DNA of 63,932 nt, filler included, from Diploschistes diacapsis (lineage: Eukaryota): assembly GCA_023645945.1 (NCBI GenBank). It is 29 parts of 29 records of this genome, joined end to end, with 100 filler letters (N's around TTAATTAATTAA, not from the genome) between each part and the next. Parts side by side here need not be neighbours in the genome. Positions count along the whole stretch, not along the records: positions 10,692 to 12,116 come from JALAIB010003118.1; positions 12,217 to 13,641 come from JALAIB010003119.1; positions 13,742 to 35,039 come from JALAIB010000312.1; 26 more parts are not named here. One strand, 5' to 3'. This document shows positions 11,245 through 23,902 of this stretch, one piece after another (the first letter of the stretch is position 1; each line of letters begins with the position of its first letter). Made by a program: the position numbers and the translations under genes. Under the pieces are notes generated by a model. That model did no database searches. It saw only the letters and a list, made by a program, of their open reading frames with translations, and was not told the DNA's origin.

Positions 11245-12116
11245 TAACGTCTTTCACCATAAAACGGGTCACACCACAAAGCGGGTTACTCATTATAATG
11301 TAGATGCACTAGATAGTTTTAAGCGAGCTTTTGAGCCCCAAAACCACACATAAAATTAAATCTTTTCAACTACACTACCCCACTTTCATCCCTGCGCGGC
11401 CGTTCTTCGGCCTTTTTTTCATCCGTTCGGACATTTTTCTATAATGTAAGTCTATCCCGTTATTACGTACGAAGCTAATGTGTTCATAAGGCGATGGTAT
11501 TTTGGATTCCTTCCGGCGACGGTGTAATAATAGTAGGAAAAGGAGGCACGATAGAAGGAGAAAAAGAAAAAAATCCGTACGACTAGTTCGTTGTCGGAAG
11601 ATAATAGTTAGCGAGCTTCGTTCATAACGTGACGTAATGTGCGATTTTTGTTCTAGCCGATATTAATATTGCTTTCGTACGAAAACGTATTATATTTAAA
11701 TAGATTAAATCGTATCGGGTTTCGTACGTGAACGCGGTCCTTATTCAGTCCCGCGATCGTACGCAAAGACGTATGATGTATTAAGTATTATCGATGTGGT
11801 TTCACGTTTTTCCCGAAATGCCGCCGTTTAATTAATTATTTTAATAAATATTACGTTAATTATAAATAATGGAACTATTTTGTAAGATGTCGGTAATCGT
11901 ATAAGAATCAAAATTAATATGATAATTTATTCGACTTGTTTTTTGACGATCAGTTAGTTATATCGATTTTAGAAATAAAGAAGCCGGATGAAGAAAAGAT
12001 AGAAATAATAGAAATAAGATGAAAGCCGCTGTTATTAAAAAGATTTAATACGGCAGACGATCCGATCGTTCTTTAAATACGTATAAAGCATTTTTTATTA
12101 TCTTTATATATTATAC
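11245..12116 (+). mobile_element. Tc1/mariner-superfamily element left end, related to the 7140-7348 MITE
   Basis: TAACGTCTTTCACCATAAAACGGGTCACACCACAAAGCGGGTTACT resembles the MITE terminus; body unassigned. Confidence 0.5.
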
Positions 12117-12216
12117 NNNNNNNNNNNNNNNNNNNNNNNNNNNNNNNNNNNNNNNNNNNNTTAATTAATTAANNNNNNNNNNNNNNNNNNNNNNNNNNNN
12201 NNNNNNNNNNNNNNNN

Positions 12217-12473
12217 ATTAAAACGTAATTATATTTTAATGAATCGACGTATGATAGTTAAACGAAGAACTTTGAATGCGCGGGCAGCTTCTCGAACGCT
12301 GATATATTATTAAGAATTTAAGGCATTAATACAGTCGTTAATATTAGATTTTAATAATATTTAATAGGTAATATTCGACGTGGCCATTGTTAAAGAAATC
12401 AAAGAAAAAGACGAAGTTGTAATAAGAGGTGACCCACTTCTGGGGATGGCCCACTTCCCCGTTAAACACGTTA
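12217..12473 (+). mobile_element. pogo-like terminus
   Basis: Ends GGCCCACTTCCCCGTTAAACACGT-TA; related to 44392-44597. Confidence 0.75.
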
Positions 12474-13308
12474 TTAATTTTATAACCGTGTTTGATAAGC
12501 TTTTTTCGATTTATCGGACCTGTTCATTTCTATTTTACAACCCTTTTTTAATCTCGAATTAATTCAATGAAGATTTACTTTCGCTCTATAGCTCTTTATC
12601 AAATATGATTAAACTAGGAAAGATTAATAAAAAGTTTAATTAAACGTTGCGAGCCGTTTTAGAATTAATTAATTCGATTCGACGTTATTCGAATCGAATA
12701 ACCCGTATTTTTAAATCAACGTATATTAAGTTCATAACGCGTCGTAAAGAAAATCGAAAATAAAAAACGCTTCTTAATAATCGTAAGAAACGTAAATTAA
12801 ATAAACGAATCGAATTAAAAGATCGTTTTATAATTAATATAGACGAAGTTCTTGAAATAATAGCTCGAGTTAAATCGAGTCGAATAATTTCGAAACGATT
12901 TATAACGCGTAAAAAACGTCGTCGCGTAGAACGCCCCTACAGGAATAGGTGCTACACTACCAGGGGCTGAGCCTGATCCGGAAGGATTACGTGCAACTGG
13001 GCATCTGTAGGCTGAATGGGTCAGATTCGAAAAGGTGAAGAAGAAACTATCTAGGTAGGAGGATGGCACAAATAAATAGTGTGGGTGCCAGCCCTACGGT
13101 GTTCAACCCTTGAACCCACAAACGTTCAGGATGTTCCATCGCGTTTTTAAAATCGAGGAAGATGAAGAAGAAGAAAACAGATTCGATTCGGATCCATTAG
13201 ATTCCGATTGCGACGAACAGGTTATATTTAAAAACCATAAAATATTGGCGGTAGTGATTTGAGGTAACCGGAATCTAAGGATGGCCGGAATCCCCGTTAA
13301 ACATGTTA
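12474..13308 (+). mobile_element. pogo/Fot1-like transposase 3' end with TIR, interrupted by a solo LTR
   Basis: Homologous to 53410-53864, 40303-41137 and 60266-60902. Confidence 0.85.
12927..13138. mobile_element. Solo LTR family D1 (212 bp)
   Basis: TAGAAC...GTTCCA with perfect TSD TCGCG; absent from the other pogo copies. Confidence 0.92.
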
Positions 13309-13359
13309 TTCAAATTTTATAAGATTTGAAACGTCGATCGAGTAATAAAATTTTATTAG

Positions 13360-13641
13360 TAACGTGTTTCACTGTCATCTGGGCCACTTTTGCCAAGAAA
13401 TATTTTAAATCTTTAATAACTCTTCGAATTTAATCGTTGTTTTTGATTTTGTTTCGAAACATAATTATTAGCTTAATTATTTAGCATACCCGAAAAGTGT
13501 ATATTGAAAATGTTAGTAGTTATTTTTTTAAAGCGAATTGAAAATAACGACTCGAGAACACGTATTATTTAATCTTTCAAAGTCGGTCAAAACGCAGCAA
13601 AAAAATATTTTTTGAATACATCATTATAAGCGGTTTTATGC
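13360..13641 (+). mobile_element. pogo-like terminus (opposite end type)
   Basis: TAACGTGTTTCACTG...; reverse complement of 241-506. Confidence 0.7.
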
Positions 13642-15673
13642 NNNNNNNNNNNNNNNNNNNNNNNNNNNNNNNNNNNNNNNNNNNNTTAATTAATTAANNN
13701 NNNNNNNNNNNNNNNNNNNNNNNNNNNNNNNNNNNNNNNNNTTATTATTCTTAATAACAGTTTAAACGACAGTTCTACATTTTTTAAAGAACGTAATGCT
13801 TATTATTATTAAATAAATTTATAATAGAAGTATTTGTATGTATTACGAAAATAATTTTTCGTAAAAAATAAATAAAGTTTGCGCGAAATATTTTACCGAG
13901 AATTTAAAGATATTTTTATATAAACATTCGTTTAAAAATTATCTCTCGATATAAGTGGCCGAGCAATTTCTCACGGTATAATCTCGTTACAATTATATAA
14001 GATCTTCCGCGATGGGGAAAAGAGCCGGCCTTAGAAGGAAACATTTCATAAAATTCCGGCATCCTTTCTTGGGTTGTGCAAAAGAGATGACTGCTATTAG
14101 CAACGCGGACGCTAAATCAAACCAGGTTTCGCTATGCCGCCCTGCTCGTAATCCCAAGAATATTTTCGCTCGAACCTTGGATGTTTCAATGTCATGCACG
14201 CCTCCGGATCGGAATGTAGACTAAAGAGAAGACCTGGATATGCTCTTCTACAGAAAAGATGCTCCATGAGTTGGGGTTGCATGAAGAGATACGCAAGCAG
14301 TATAGTACCCCGCACTTGCGGAGTTTTCCTTGCCTTGCCAAACAAGTGTAACTTGATTTCCTTGCTCCAACGTCTTCCGATACGCGTACTTTAAATATGA
14401 GACCTACCGCGTGTGACACATGTTTTATTTAGGTTGTGAGCACTTGCATTGAGTTCTCCTCATGCCTCATTCCAATGGCGAGTCCAGCCGATTCTTTCCC
14501 CTTTGCTGCACCAGCCGTGCGTGTGTCGTAACCGTCTTGGAAATGGAGTTTGTCATTCCGAAATAGACCGGCGGGTATACCTATCCGCTTAGGGTGTTAG
14601 GGGAGCGCCCAGCGCCCTCCAAACAACTATAGCGGGCCTTGGCGCGTGGGCGTAGCGGCGATAAGGCCGCCCCGGCGGCGGCTGCTCACCGGGAAGCTCC
14701 AGCGAATCCGCAAAAGTCTAGAAGGGCCGTCGATCGTGATTCGTGAGTCACGGCCCACCTACGTGGAGTCTTGATAGGACGGGCGTTCCCCCATCTCTAG
14801 CCTCTCTCCGCGTCCATTGTCCTCTGTCTTCTGTCCTCTGCTTTCGTCCCCGTCGGGCTCGCCATGTTGCACAGGGCTTGGCGGGGAGAAGCCTAAGGAA
14901 CGTTCGACGCTCAACGTTTCTATCCTACAGATCGGCGCCACCGGGTCCAATAAGGGAATCGGTTGCTCCATCGTGGTCCTGTGACCTATGGAGATGAGTT
15001 GGCTCCTCGAACGCGGACCCGTTCGGTAGAGCGAAGCCAAGTTGTATCTACCAAAATGTGCTGTGCGGTAGTCGATACAGGAATTGTTATTCCGGTAACT
15101 CCGGCTGCTGAGTACAACGTACGTGGCTGTGGTGGCTCGCCTTGGCTCCATGTAGCTGCTGGCACCTTCATCATTGCCGCTGGAGTTCCTGCTGGCGATC
15201 GATTCGCCGGATATGCGAAGGTGCTCCAAATGCTCGCGATATGCTGCGGCCGCCCGGATAGGCATGCTGGGGATGTCCCCTACCCACGGGAGGGATTGTC
15301 CGTTTTGGTAATGGAGATCGTGAAGCTCAACGACAACACCAGGATGTTGGGATAGTCTTCTCTGCATTTATGAAAATACACCGGATATCGGAAAGTAATG
15401 AGCTCTTTCCAGCACCAAGAGGGTTATCTTCACCTAACGCAATAGGTCTAAAAGTATTCCCATATGCCATCTAGCACAGTTTTGATCGATATGAACCTGT
15501 TCTGCTGGATTTGATCTGACATTCACACACACTATATTCACTGTAATTGTGATTTCTTCAACGCAGGTGCTTTCCCTCTGGACCGTCTCGCCTTTCCTGG
15601 TCGAGACCATGAACAAAACCTCTTTGCTCTCTGCGGACTGCATACCTGCCTTCGCTCTCTGCCCATCCTTTTC

Positions 15674-16815
15674 TCAGGCCGCAGTGTACCCTCCATCGAT
15701 CGGCAGGGCTACGCCCGTCACGTACGCGGCATCCTCGCTTGCCAGAAAGACGGCGCACTGAGCAACATCCTGGGGCATTCCCCACGCACCCCACGGAGTC
15801 ATCTCCTCGATACCTGCACGCAGTTTTGGGTCATCGTAGATAGGTTGAGTCATGGGGGTAAGAAGATCTATTCACCGCGAGTCCTGTCAATTTCCAACAT
15901 TCGAACATGCGGTCAATCCTTCGCGGGTAACGCGATACCGTACTGGAGACTTACAGCCAGGGCAAAGAGCATTGCAGTGGATCTTCTCCTTTCCATACTC
16001 GATGGCGATCTGTTTGGTCAGAAGCACGACGGCCCCTTTGGAAGCACAATAGGCAGCTACGAGATGTTCATATCAGTCCAAATCAACAAGCAGAATCCAA
16101 AAATATCAGCAAATGAGCTTACCGGCTTGAGGCTTGAGACCAACCAACCCCAACATACTTGCAGTGTTGATGATCCAGCCTCGGTGTCCGCTTGGATGCG
16201 GTTCCTGGCTCAAGAACTGCGCGCTTGCATACTTGCAGCCGAGGAAGGCGCTGCGACTGTTGATCCTCCTATCCGAGCGCCAGAATGTTAGCTATGTCGA
16301 TGGCTCCCCAGGCCGTGTCAGCGGAGGGCTATATGAATGAGCAACTCACATAGTGGTGTCCCAGGTCTCCTCCGTCATTTCGTGGATTTTGCCTGCCGTT
16401 TCCGTGCCTCCTATTCCGGCGTTGTTGACCATCCTGCTCCCCCAGTTCTTGTCAGCTCAAACCAGAATGTTCTCCAATCCTTCTTGTTTGAAATGGTGTT
16501 CAGACGCCACTGCACTCACACATCTAGCCTTCCTCCCGCCCTCACGGCCTCGGCCACTAAAGCCTCCATCTCCCTTCCCACCGTGGCGTCCGTCTTCTTG
16601 AAGATGGCCTTGCCTTCTCCAAATTTCTCGCAGATCATCTCGTGAGTGGGCGTTCCTTTGCCACTCGCTGTATTCTCGCGCAGGTCAGAGCAGACAACGA
16701 GCGCGGCACCCGCATTAGCAAAGCCATAGGCGATAGCCTGGCCGATGCCTGATGAGGAGCCGGTCACCACGCAGACCTTGCCAGCGAGGCGGTTGCTTGG
16801 GGCTATACTAGACAT
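15674..16815 (-). CDS. Short-chain dehydrogenase/reductase (classical SDR), 5 exons
   Basis: TGSSSGIG, VNNAG, INTAS, YCASK, NALCPG and C-terminal IDGGYTA motifs; GT-AG introns. Confidence 0.93.
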
Positions 16816-17501
16816 GGCTAAGCGCGTCCTCGAGGAAAGAAAGTGGGATCACAGGAACAGAAGAGAAGAGAAGAAAAGAAAAGCCTCCAGCACGAATGAG
16901 AATTTGAGCAAAGAAAGTGTGAAGGCGAGCATGAAGCTGCATCGAGCTTTTGAGTTGTCCATCAGTTCATGGTGACGTCTTCCCCTACAATGTGAGGTTG
17001 AGAGGGGTAGCAGTTGACCTCCTGCATGTAATGCGCAATGACGGGTACCGAAGGTGATGGATGGTACGTACCTTGTGCAGCGGAGTTGACCCTTGGAAGG
17101 TACAGGAGAACTTCCACATGGAATAGCGCCGGTAAGTGCAGAAACGTCAATGCTGCATGACGAGCCTGCTGGTGAGCCAACGATGCCACGCCTTTTACGA
17201 CAAACCATCAGTTCTAATGGCAATGCACTATCCTTCCACACCGTTGTAGGCTGTGCTTGCAATCGGCGATCGGTCGCAGCTCTTTTCAGATTTTACACAG
17301 GCTTAGTTCGATCGACGAACAAAGGCAACAAGAAAGCTAATCCGAATGTTCTGCGATCAAGCATTCACTCACTCACGACCCTTGTTCCAACCCAGGTAAA
17401 GTGGAAGCAGGAACGACTCCGAGCCCACTGGTTTACAAATTATAGGTGCTTTGTTCATCCATGGAACAACAGCAGTCGTCATTCGCAATTCCTCCTTCAC
17501 C

Positions 17502-19006
17502 TTACACCAGCGTCCCTGCCCCCTTCAATGCTGTCCTACTATCCGCTCTCTCCGCATCCCTAAAGCTCTCGCTACCGGTCCCGCCTTCGCGGCTTCCAGT
17601 CCGCTGACTCTCAAGGTCAACCTTCGTCGTCTTCATGATGCCGAACATCTCGGGCGAAAAGTTCGAGGCATCCTCCGCACTTGCAGTTGAGCACATTGCA
17701 TTCGTGTCGCTTATGTCCGGTCGCAAGACCGCGGACGGAATCACGGGGACATTTCTTGAGACGTTGAACTCGCTAGGTTTGGTGGGAACGCTAGGTTTCG
17801 TAGTTCCAGTCTTCTCCGGAATCTTGACCGCTGAGCGGGAGAGGCTGTAGGTTCGTATACGCGCTTTGAGGCTTTTATAGCCAGGCCGAAGGGCGGGAAT
17901 ACTCGCAGCGACGATGCCAATGCAGACCTCCCAACTGTTTCCAATCAGTCAGCAGCAAGAGAACAAAACATTGTAGACGTGATCTTACGAGCGCCAATAC
18001 CAGTTTACGACGCTATTCCCTAATCGCAGACATTAGCTGTGGTACCTCTTCTGGTTTCCAGACTTACATGTTGGATCTTGGTTAACATTCTGCCAGTTTC
18101 CAATGGTTCGAACAATGCAGAAACATCCGGTACTGTACAATGACCAGATCAGCCACTTCTTGAGGCGAACTTGAGACTTGCACCTACATCACCCCCAAGC
18201 CCATCAAGATACACAATCCCATTTTTATCCGCTTTGCCATCTGGATCTTCCGCAAGATAAAAACAGGATAAGTCGCCAGGATGAAATCCGAAGCTATCGC
18301 AATAACTAGGCCCTGTCAGTGTATCTGGCCTTGAAGATTGCTTCTTGTGCCTCGGAAGATGAGCCTTGAGGGGGCGCTGGACTCACTAGCTTGAGCGAGA
18401 ATAATCTGCTGGAGTTGGGTCTGTGTAAAGCAAGAGTCAGGCGTCTCGGGTGCCCACCAAGAAAGCTCCACGGGTCGGCATTGAGCGATCCATAAAATGG
18501 TCAAGATAACGTTGCTCAAGACGAGTACAACAATGAGTGCCTGCAACGAGCGAACGAATGACTTGTTGATTACGATCCGCAACAGAAACAAGCAGATGGA
18601 GACCTTCGTGAACATGAGCGTAGAGAACGTCTGGATCCATTCTCCATATGAGTATCTTGTGAACTCCACATATGATTCATGGGGAAGGTCGCCTTTATGC
18701 CGGCCGAACCCATAATGGACCTCTACCAACACAAGAGCGCAGCCGATGGTGATACCGAGCTGGATGGACTTTAGTATATTTGCAACAGGGGAGGTTCAAA
18801 TGTATTTGACCTACGGCTGCAGCAATAATTGTCCAATCATCCCAGCCAATGCTCTTGACTACCCATTTACGTGTCATGAGTCGTAGGGCGACGACAATAT
18901 CTGCTACCAGGGTGACGGTAATCGTTGTAGCGATGATGCCAGGCTGCGTATTATCTTCGCCGGGAGCAGGCGGCGGGGAAGCGCTGGGGTTCGCTATGTT
19001 GGGCAT
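17502..19006 (-). CDS. PTH11-like / rhodopsin-domain integral membrane protein (multi-exon)
   Basis: VALRLMTR..IGWDDWTI, YGFGRH, TKVSICLFLLRI, QCRP and WEVCIGIVAASIPALRP motifs. Confidence 0.88.
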
Positions 19007-20116
19007 GGAGGGCAGAGCCGGTGGTATCCCGAGGTTTGCAGAGTCAGAGTAAGCGAGGGTTTCTGGTTCTGACCCAGGACGAGCGATATAAGACAATGCC
19101 CGATAATAACCTTTTGGTACGGAGGAATTCCACAAGTTATGAAGGAGCAGCCTGATTCTATAAACCCACAGCACACTTGCTTTTCTTGGAGAAGGCCATT
19201 TGGAACCTTCAGATCAACTTACCTCAGCCTCCTGCTCCTGCAACACTTTCGTCATGAGCGTCTCAGCTGCGGACAGTGGAGATGCGTAGCATTCAACCAG
19301 CACGGCACGAATGTGGCCCTTTGCTAGGGGGGAGGTCGCCAATCGAATGGGAAAAGCCATGGAGGCACCATGCACAGTCATCCGAGCGAGACTCTGACTG
19401 GCGAGACAGGCTCCCTAATGAGAGAGTGTGAGCGGAGAAAGCCAGCTGCATGAGGCACAGCAGCGAGGTCTGAAAGCGTGCAGAAACTCAAATGCCCTCC
19501 ATGACTGCTCAACGGAACGCTGCACACGGTAATTGGACAGAAGAAGCAGCAGCTCAGAGGTGTTTGCGGGCACCTCGATCACTGTTCTTGAGACGTTTCG
19601 AACGGCACGGTTTTGGATACCGCGATTTTGGATGCCACGACGACGGTTCGAATACGAAGGGTGGGCTAAGGTACGTGCCTCTTATAAAGGCTGCACGGAC
19701 CATGTCGGTGGCGTCATCCAGGCAGCCGGGGGACATGCAATGTAACGCGCGAGATCGCCTGAAAGAAACAACAAAGGTGCGAGCGGCCAGAATACTCACT
19801 TTGGCCTGGCCATCGAATTGGGATCGAGAGATTCGCAGTCATGTCGCTTGGGGCGTAGGTTGCTTGTGCCTCAGGGCTTGATTGGATCGACCGATGAAGC
19901 ACAGAATGCATGAAGTCATGTCTTTTGAGCAACTGCATTGACGTGGGGAGACCCCTCAATGGATACCTACCTTTCGACTGTAATGGCGTCACGGCAGAGG
20001 ACGGATGAGCAGCGAAGTACGCTTTCCAACTTCAATAGCCGGCTCTCTATAAGTTGCTGATAGAAAGTACCGACGCCTTGCCCTCTTCCGCGCGATCGAC
20101 CCCGCCGTCTACAAAG

Positions 20117-22400
20117 ATGGTAGCTATCCAGATTCCACCTTCGAACCAGGTAACACCTGGTTCGCAGCAGTTGCGCCAGATATCCTTTCCAAGCCCTGTC
20201 AAGGAATCGGCCTTGTCGGTTGATCCGCATGAAATCGTCTCCAGATGGGCTTCGTCGTTCACAGATCTGATCGCACAAGGACAGACGGACGTTTCGAAGG
20301 TTTTCCTGAAGGACTCATACTGGAGGGATCTCCTATGCTTGACATGGAACTTTCACACTTTGCATGGCCCCAGCAGCATACAATCTTTCATTACCGATCT
20401 CTCAGGCAAATGGCGCATCAAATCTTTCGACGTTGACACGTCGAGCGATTTTCGCCAGCCCAAAGTCGCCGCAATTGACTTTCCAGGGACCATCAAATGT
20501 ATCCAATCATTCGTCGCCGTCGAAACTGACGTGGGTAGAGCCTCAGGCTTGGTCAGGCTTCTCCCCGATGAGACTGGATCCTGGAAATGCTACACGTTGC
20601 TCACTATCCTGCAAGAGTTGAAAGGACATGAAGAGTTGAACCATACGCGGCGGCCGAGAGGCGCGGATAATGTGTCCCGTGCTGGACGGAGTAGTTGGAA
20701 GGACCGTAGGAATCGCGAAGAGGCTCTCGAGGACCATGAACCAGCCGTGCTAATCATTGGTGAGCAATGGCGGCTATTCGAATCAAGTGAAGACAGAACT
20801 GATCGACTCGCAGGTTGCGGTCAAGCTGGGCTCACAGTTGCTGCTCGATTGAGGCAATTGGGGGTCAAGAGTCTCATCATCGACCGCATGAAAAGCGTGG
20901 GCGACAATTGGCGAAAGCGTTACCACCACCTGGTACTCCACGACTCGGTATGGTACGTTGTTATAGAGGGCCACCGCTGTCAGATGTCTTCGGGTCAAGC
21001 ACAAGCTCAACAGAAAGCAGGTTTGACCATATGCCTTACCTCAGCTTTCCGCCGCATTGGCCAGTAAGTTTGCTCCGTGATCGACGTAAGTGGACCACTC
21101 CGCCACCGTGCTGAGTTCGTTACAGGTGTTCACACCGAAGGATAAGCTCGCAGACTGGTTCGAGTCCTATGCAAAGATACTTGAGCTCAACATTTGGACA
21201 AGCACGAACCTCAAGACATCAGCATGGAATGAAGATATCAAATCATGGACCATTAGCCTTGAACGAGAAGTCGATAGTGACAAGAAGACATGTACGTCCA
21301 TGACACTTTTTCATGCTTGTCAAATTTCTTACTCATTCCGCCTTCCTAAGATACCCTTCACCCGCGCCACATCATCCTCGCCACCGGTGCCAGCGGCAGG
21401 CCCTCCATGCCTTCGATTGCCGGCATCTCCTCCTTCCGTGGGTCGCGTCTTATCCACTCATCCGACTTCCATGGCCTTCCACCAGACAGCTTCGATGAGA
21501 ATAAGGGCAAGAAGGTAGTCATTATCGGCAGCTCCAACTCGGCACATGACATTGCGCAGGACTACCACGAGCATGGCTACAATGTAACAATGGTACAGCG
21601 AAGTAGTACACACGTGGTATCAAGCCAAACACTCGTTGACGTGACGATGGCGGGATTATATTGCGAGGGTGGCGTGAGTTCACCTCCTCCATTCAGACAA
21701 TATCTCAGCATGTTTCATCTTCTCATTCACTATACTAAAATCAATCGGTGTCCTAATCTCACGCGCGCTTTCTTTCTGGGCTCTGCCGGACATGAGCTGA
21801 CTTCGTTATTTCATGTAGCCTCCCGTCGAGGATGCAGACATGATAAACCATTCCTTTCCATGGCCCGTTCTCAAGCGTTTCCAAATCGATGCGACCGCCG
21901 AATGCATGGCACGCGACCACGATTTGTTATCAGGCCTTCAGTCAGCAGGCTTTGCCCTCGACTCTGGTCCCGATGCTGCCGGCCTATGGACCAAGTATCT
22001 CTCGCGCGGTGGAGGCTACTACATCGACACCGGTTGCAGCGGCCTAATCGCAGACGGCTCTATCCGCGTTAAAGCCTCTTCCATCTCGAGAATCGATGCC
22101 CACTCCCTGACGTTCGAAGATGGCACGGAGCTCGAAACCGATGAGATCATATTCGCGACCGGCTACTCCAACATGCAGGACACGGCGGCAGAGATTCTCG
22201 GAGGCGAGGTTGCGAACAAAGCCGGTCCGGTGTGGGGCTTCGACGAGGAAGGGGAGACGAGGGGGTTATGGCGGAGGAGCGGACAGGAGGGGTTTTGGTA
22301 CATGGGGGGAAACCTAGCGCTGTGCCGGTTTTACTCCAGATGCGTCGCACTGGGGATAAAAGGACTGGAAGAAAATTTATACACTTGGGAGGATCCGTGA
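20117..22400 (+). CDS. Flavin-containing monooxygenase (class B) with N-terminal WRD domain, 6 exons
   Basis: YWRDLLCLTW, GCGQAG, GDNWRKRY..L.LH, HSSDF, GSSNSAHDI, ATGY and GGNL motifs. Confidence 0.92.
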
Positions 22401-22930
22401 GGTAATTGCGCAAGTGGTAGAAGTTGGAGAAGAGGCTGAGAAGATGACATTCGCAAAGACAATTCTGAAGAATCAAGATACGAGACTGATACCATAATTT
22501 GAACCAATCCACGTTGAGCCAACTAGGGCCACTCCGGGCATAGGATCATCCACACGAGTAAGCGCTAGGTCTGACTTTACCCCCTCGGCGAATCGTAACC
22601 GCGAACTGACTTGAGCACTCGATGTTCCCCACCCTGCGCGCATACCAGCAATTACAGCGGCTTTATCTAACCATAGAAGGTAGATATGTGGCCCTCTCAT
22701 CTTCTTTGCGTTGCCCATACAACTTTTCTAGAAAGGGAAGTGTCTCTTAGGTACCAACGTACCCTCGCACAACTCGAAAACGTATTGAGGGCGAACAGAG
22801 TAGTTACCTGGAGCAGATGCCACACCAGCCCGAATCTTTGTATCTCTTTGGACTTCTTGCACTTCCATCCTGGCTGCCGTGAGGCGGTAGTTTGCTGCTA
22901 CTAGAACCGGTAGGATGAGCGTGGACCTAT

Positions 22931-23902
22931 ATGCGAGCCAACAACTTCTGTGCCAATCCGGCTTTTAACGCGGTCCTCCCACGGGCTTTCCCATTTTGCG
23001 AAGCAGGTGTCAATTTCCTTAAAAATAAAGCGGCCCTGATTGAGACCTATAAAGCCGCTATCATACGACTCAGTCAATGCTATGTTTGTATCGTCAGCGG
23101 CGTCTCTTACATCCATGGAGAGCACATCCAATTCACTGGCCTTAGCCCCTCCAATATCTTGCTGTCGCGAGACCGCCTCTGGCTGGCAGGTTTTGGTACC
23201 CTGACCGACTTCTCTTCACCAAAATTGAGCAACACTGTTGATAGAGAGCGAGGCACATCGAAATACTTTGCCCCGGAGATAGCAGCATTCCATCCAAACG
23301 GTTATGCAGCAGACATTTTTAGTCTCGGATGTATATTTCTCGAGTTCCATGTCGTATGTGCCGGGCTTGCGTTAGAATACCTTTCTACCCTTCGGCCGGG
23401 AGGTGACTGTTCGTTCCAAACCAATATCGAGCGCCTCGACGAGTGGTGTGAACCCCTACAAGAGAACTCTTCAGTGAGGCTACGGCATCTACTTTGCGAG
23501 ATCAAGCAGATGCTCAAGGTGGAACCGGAGGCGCGGCCGACTGCCGTGGAACTAGTTTCTAGTATCTTAGGCATAAGCCGACTTGGACTCGCAAACGGGG
23601 ATGCTGACTCGCTTCCGCTCTGCGGCGCATGCTGCGTACCGCCCCCGGCGCCGTCTCCAGCGCCGTCTTCAGAACATCTCGATGAGATAGAGCGCCTAAG
23701 GTCTCAAAACATTGCGCTAAAGAACATTCTTCACGCACGAGGGGAGTGGCGACCGGCATCTCCGTTGCTGCATGAACACAGAGCCGAGAAGGAAAGATTG
23801 CAGGCTGAAGTCTCCGTGCTAAGAAATCTCGCAGTAGCGAAGAATGAGTGGTTCAATGACTGCATTGAACATTATTTCCCAGCACAGGGGCTGAAGTTGT
23901 AG
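22931..23902 (+). CDS. Protein-kinase-like protein (C-lobe with degenerate catalytic motifs) plus coiled coil
   Basis: YIH...LSPSNILL, GFG in place of DFG, GTSKYFAPE, ADIFSLGCIFLE, ARPTA. Confidence 0.7.
   Translation: MRANNFCANPAFNAVLPRAFPFCEAGVNFLKNKAALIETYKAAIIRLSQCYVCIVSGVSYIHGEHIQFTGLSPSNILLSRDRLWLAGFGTLTDFSSPKLSNTVDRERGTSKYFAPEIAAFHPNGYAADIFSLGCIFLEFHVVCAGLALEYLSTLRPGGDCSFQTNIERLDEWCEPLQENSSVRLRHLLCEIKQMLKVEPEARPTAVELVSSILGISRLGLANGDADSLPLCGACCVPPPAPSPAPSSEHLDEIERLRSQNIALKNILHARGEWRPASPLLHEHRAEKERLQAEVSVLRNLAVAKNEWFNDCIEHYFPAQGLKL

Noticed and set aside
14589..14603. TTAGGG pair as a telomere remnant
   Set aside because: Only two interrupted units, internal to the contig.
13990..15370. 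ORFs of 130-202 aa at the left end of the long contig
   Set aside because: No recognisable motif in any frame, and stops interrupt extensions; left unassigned.
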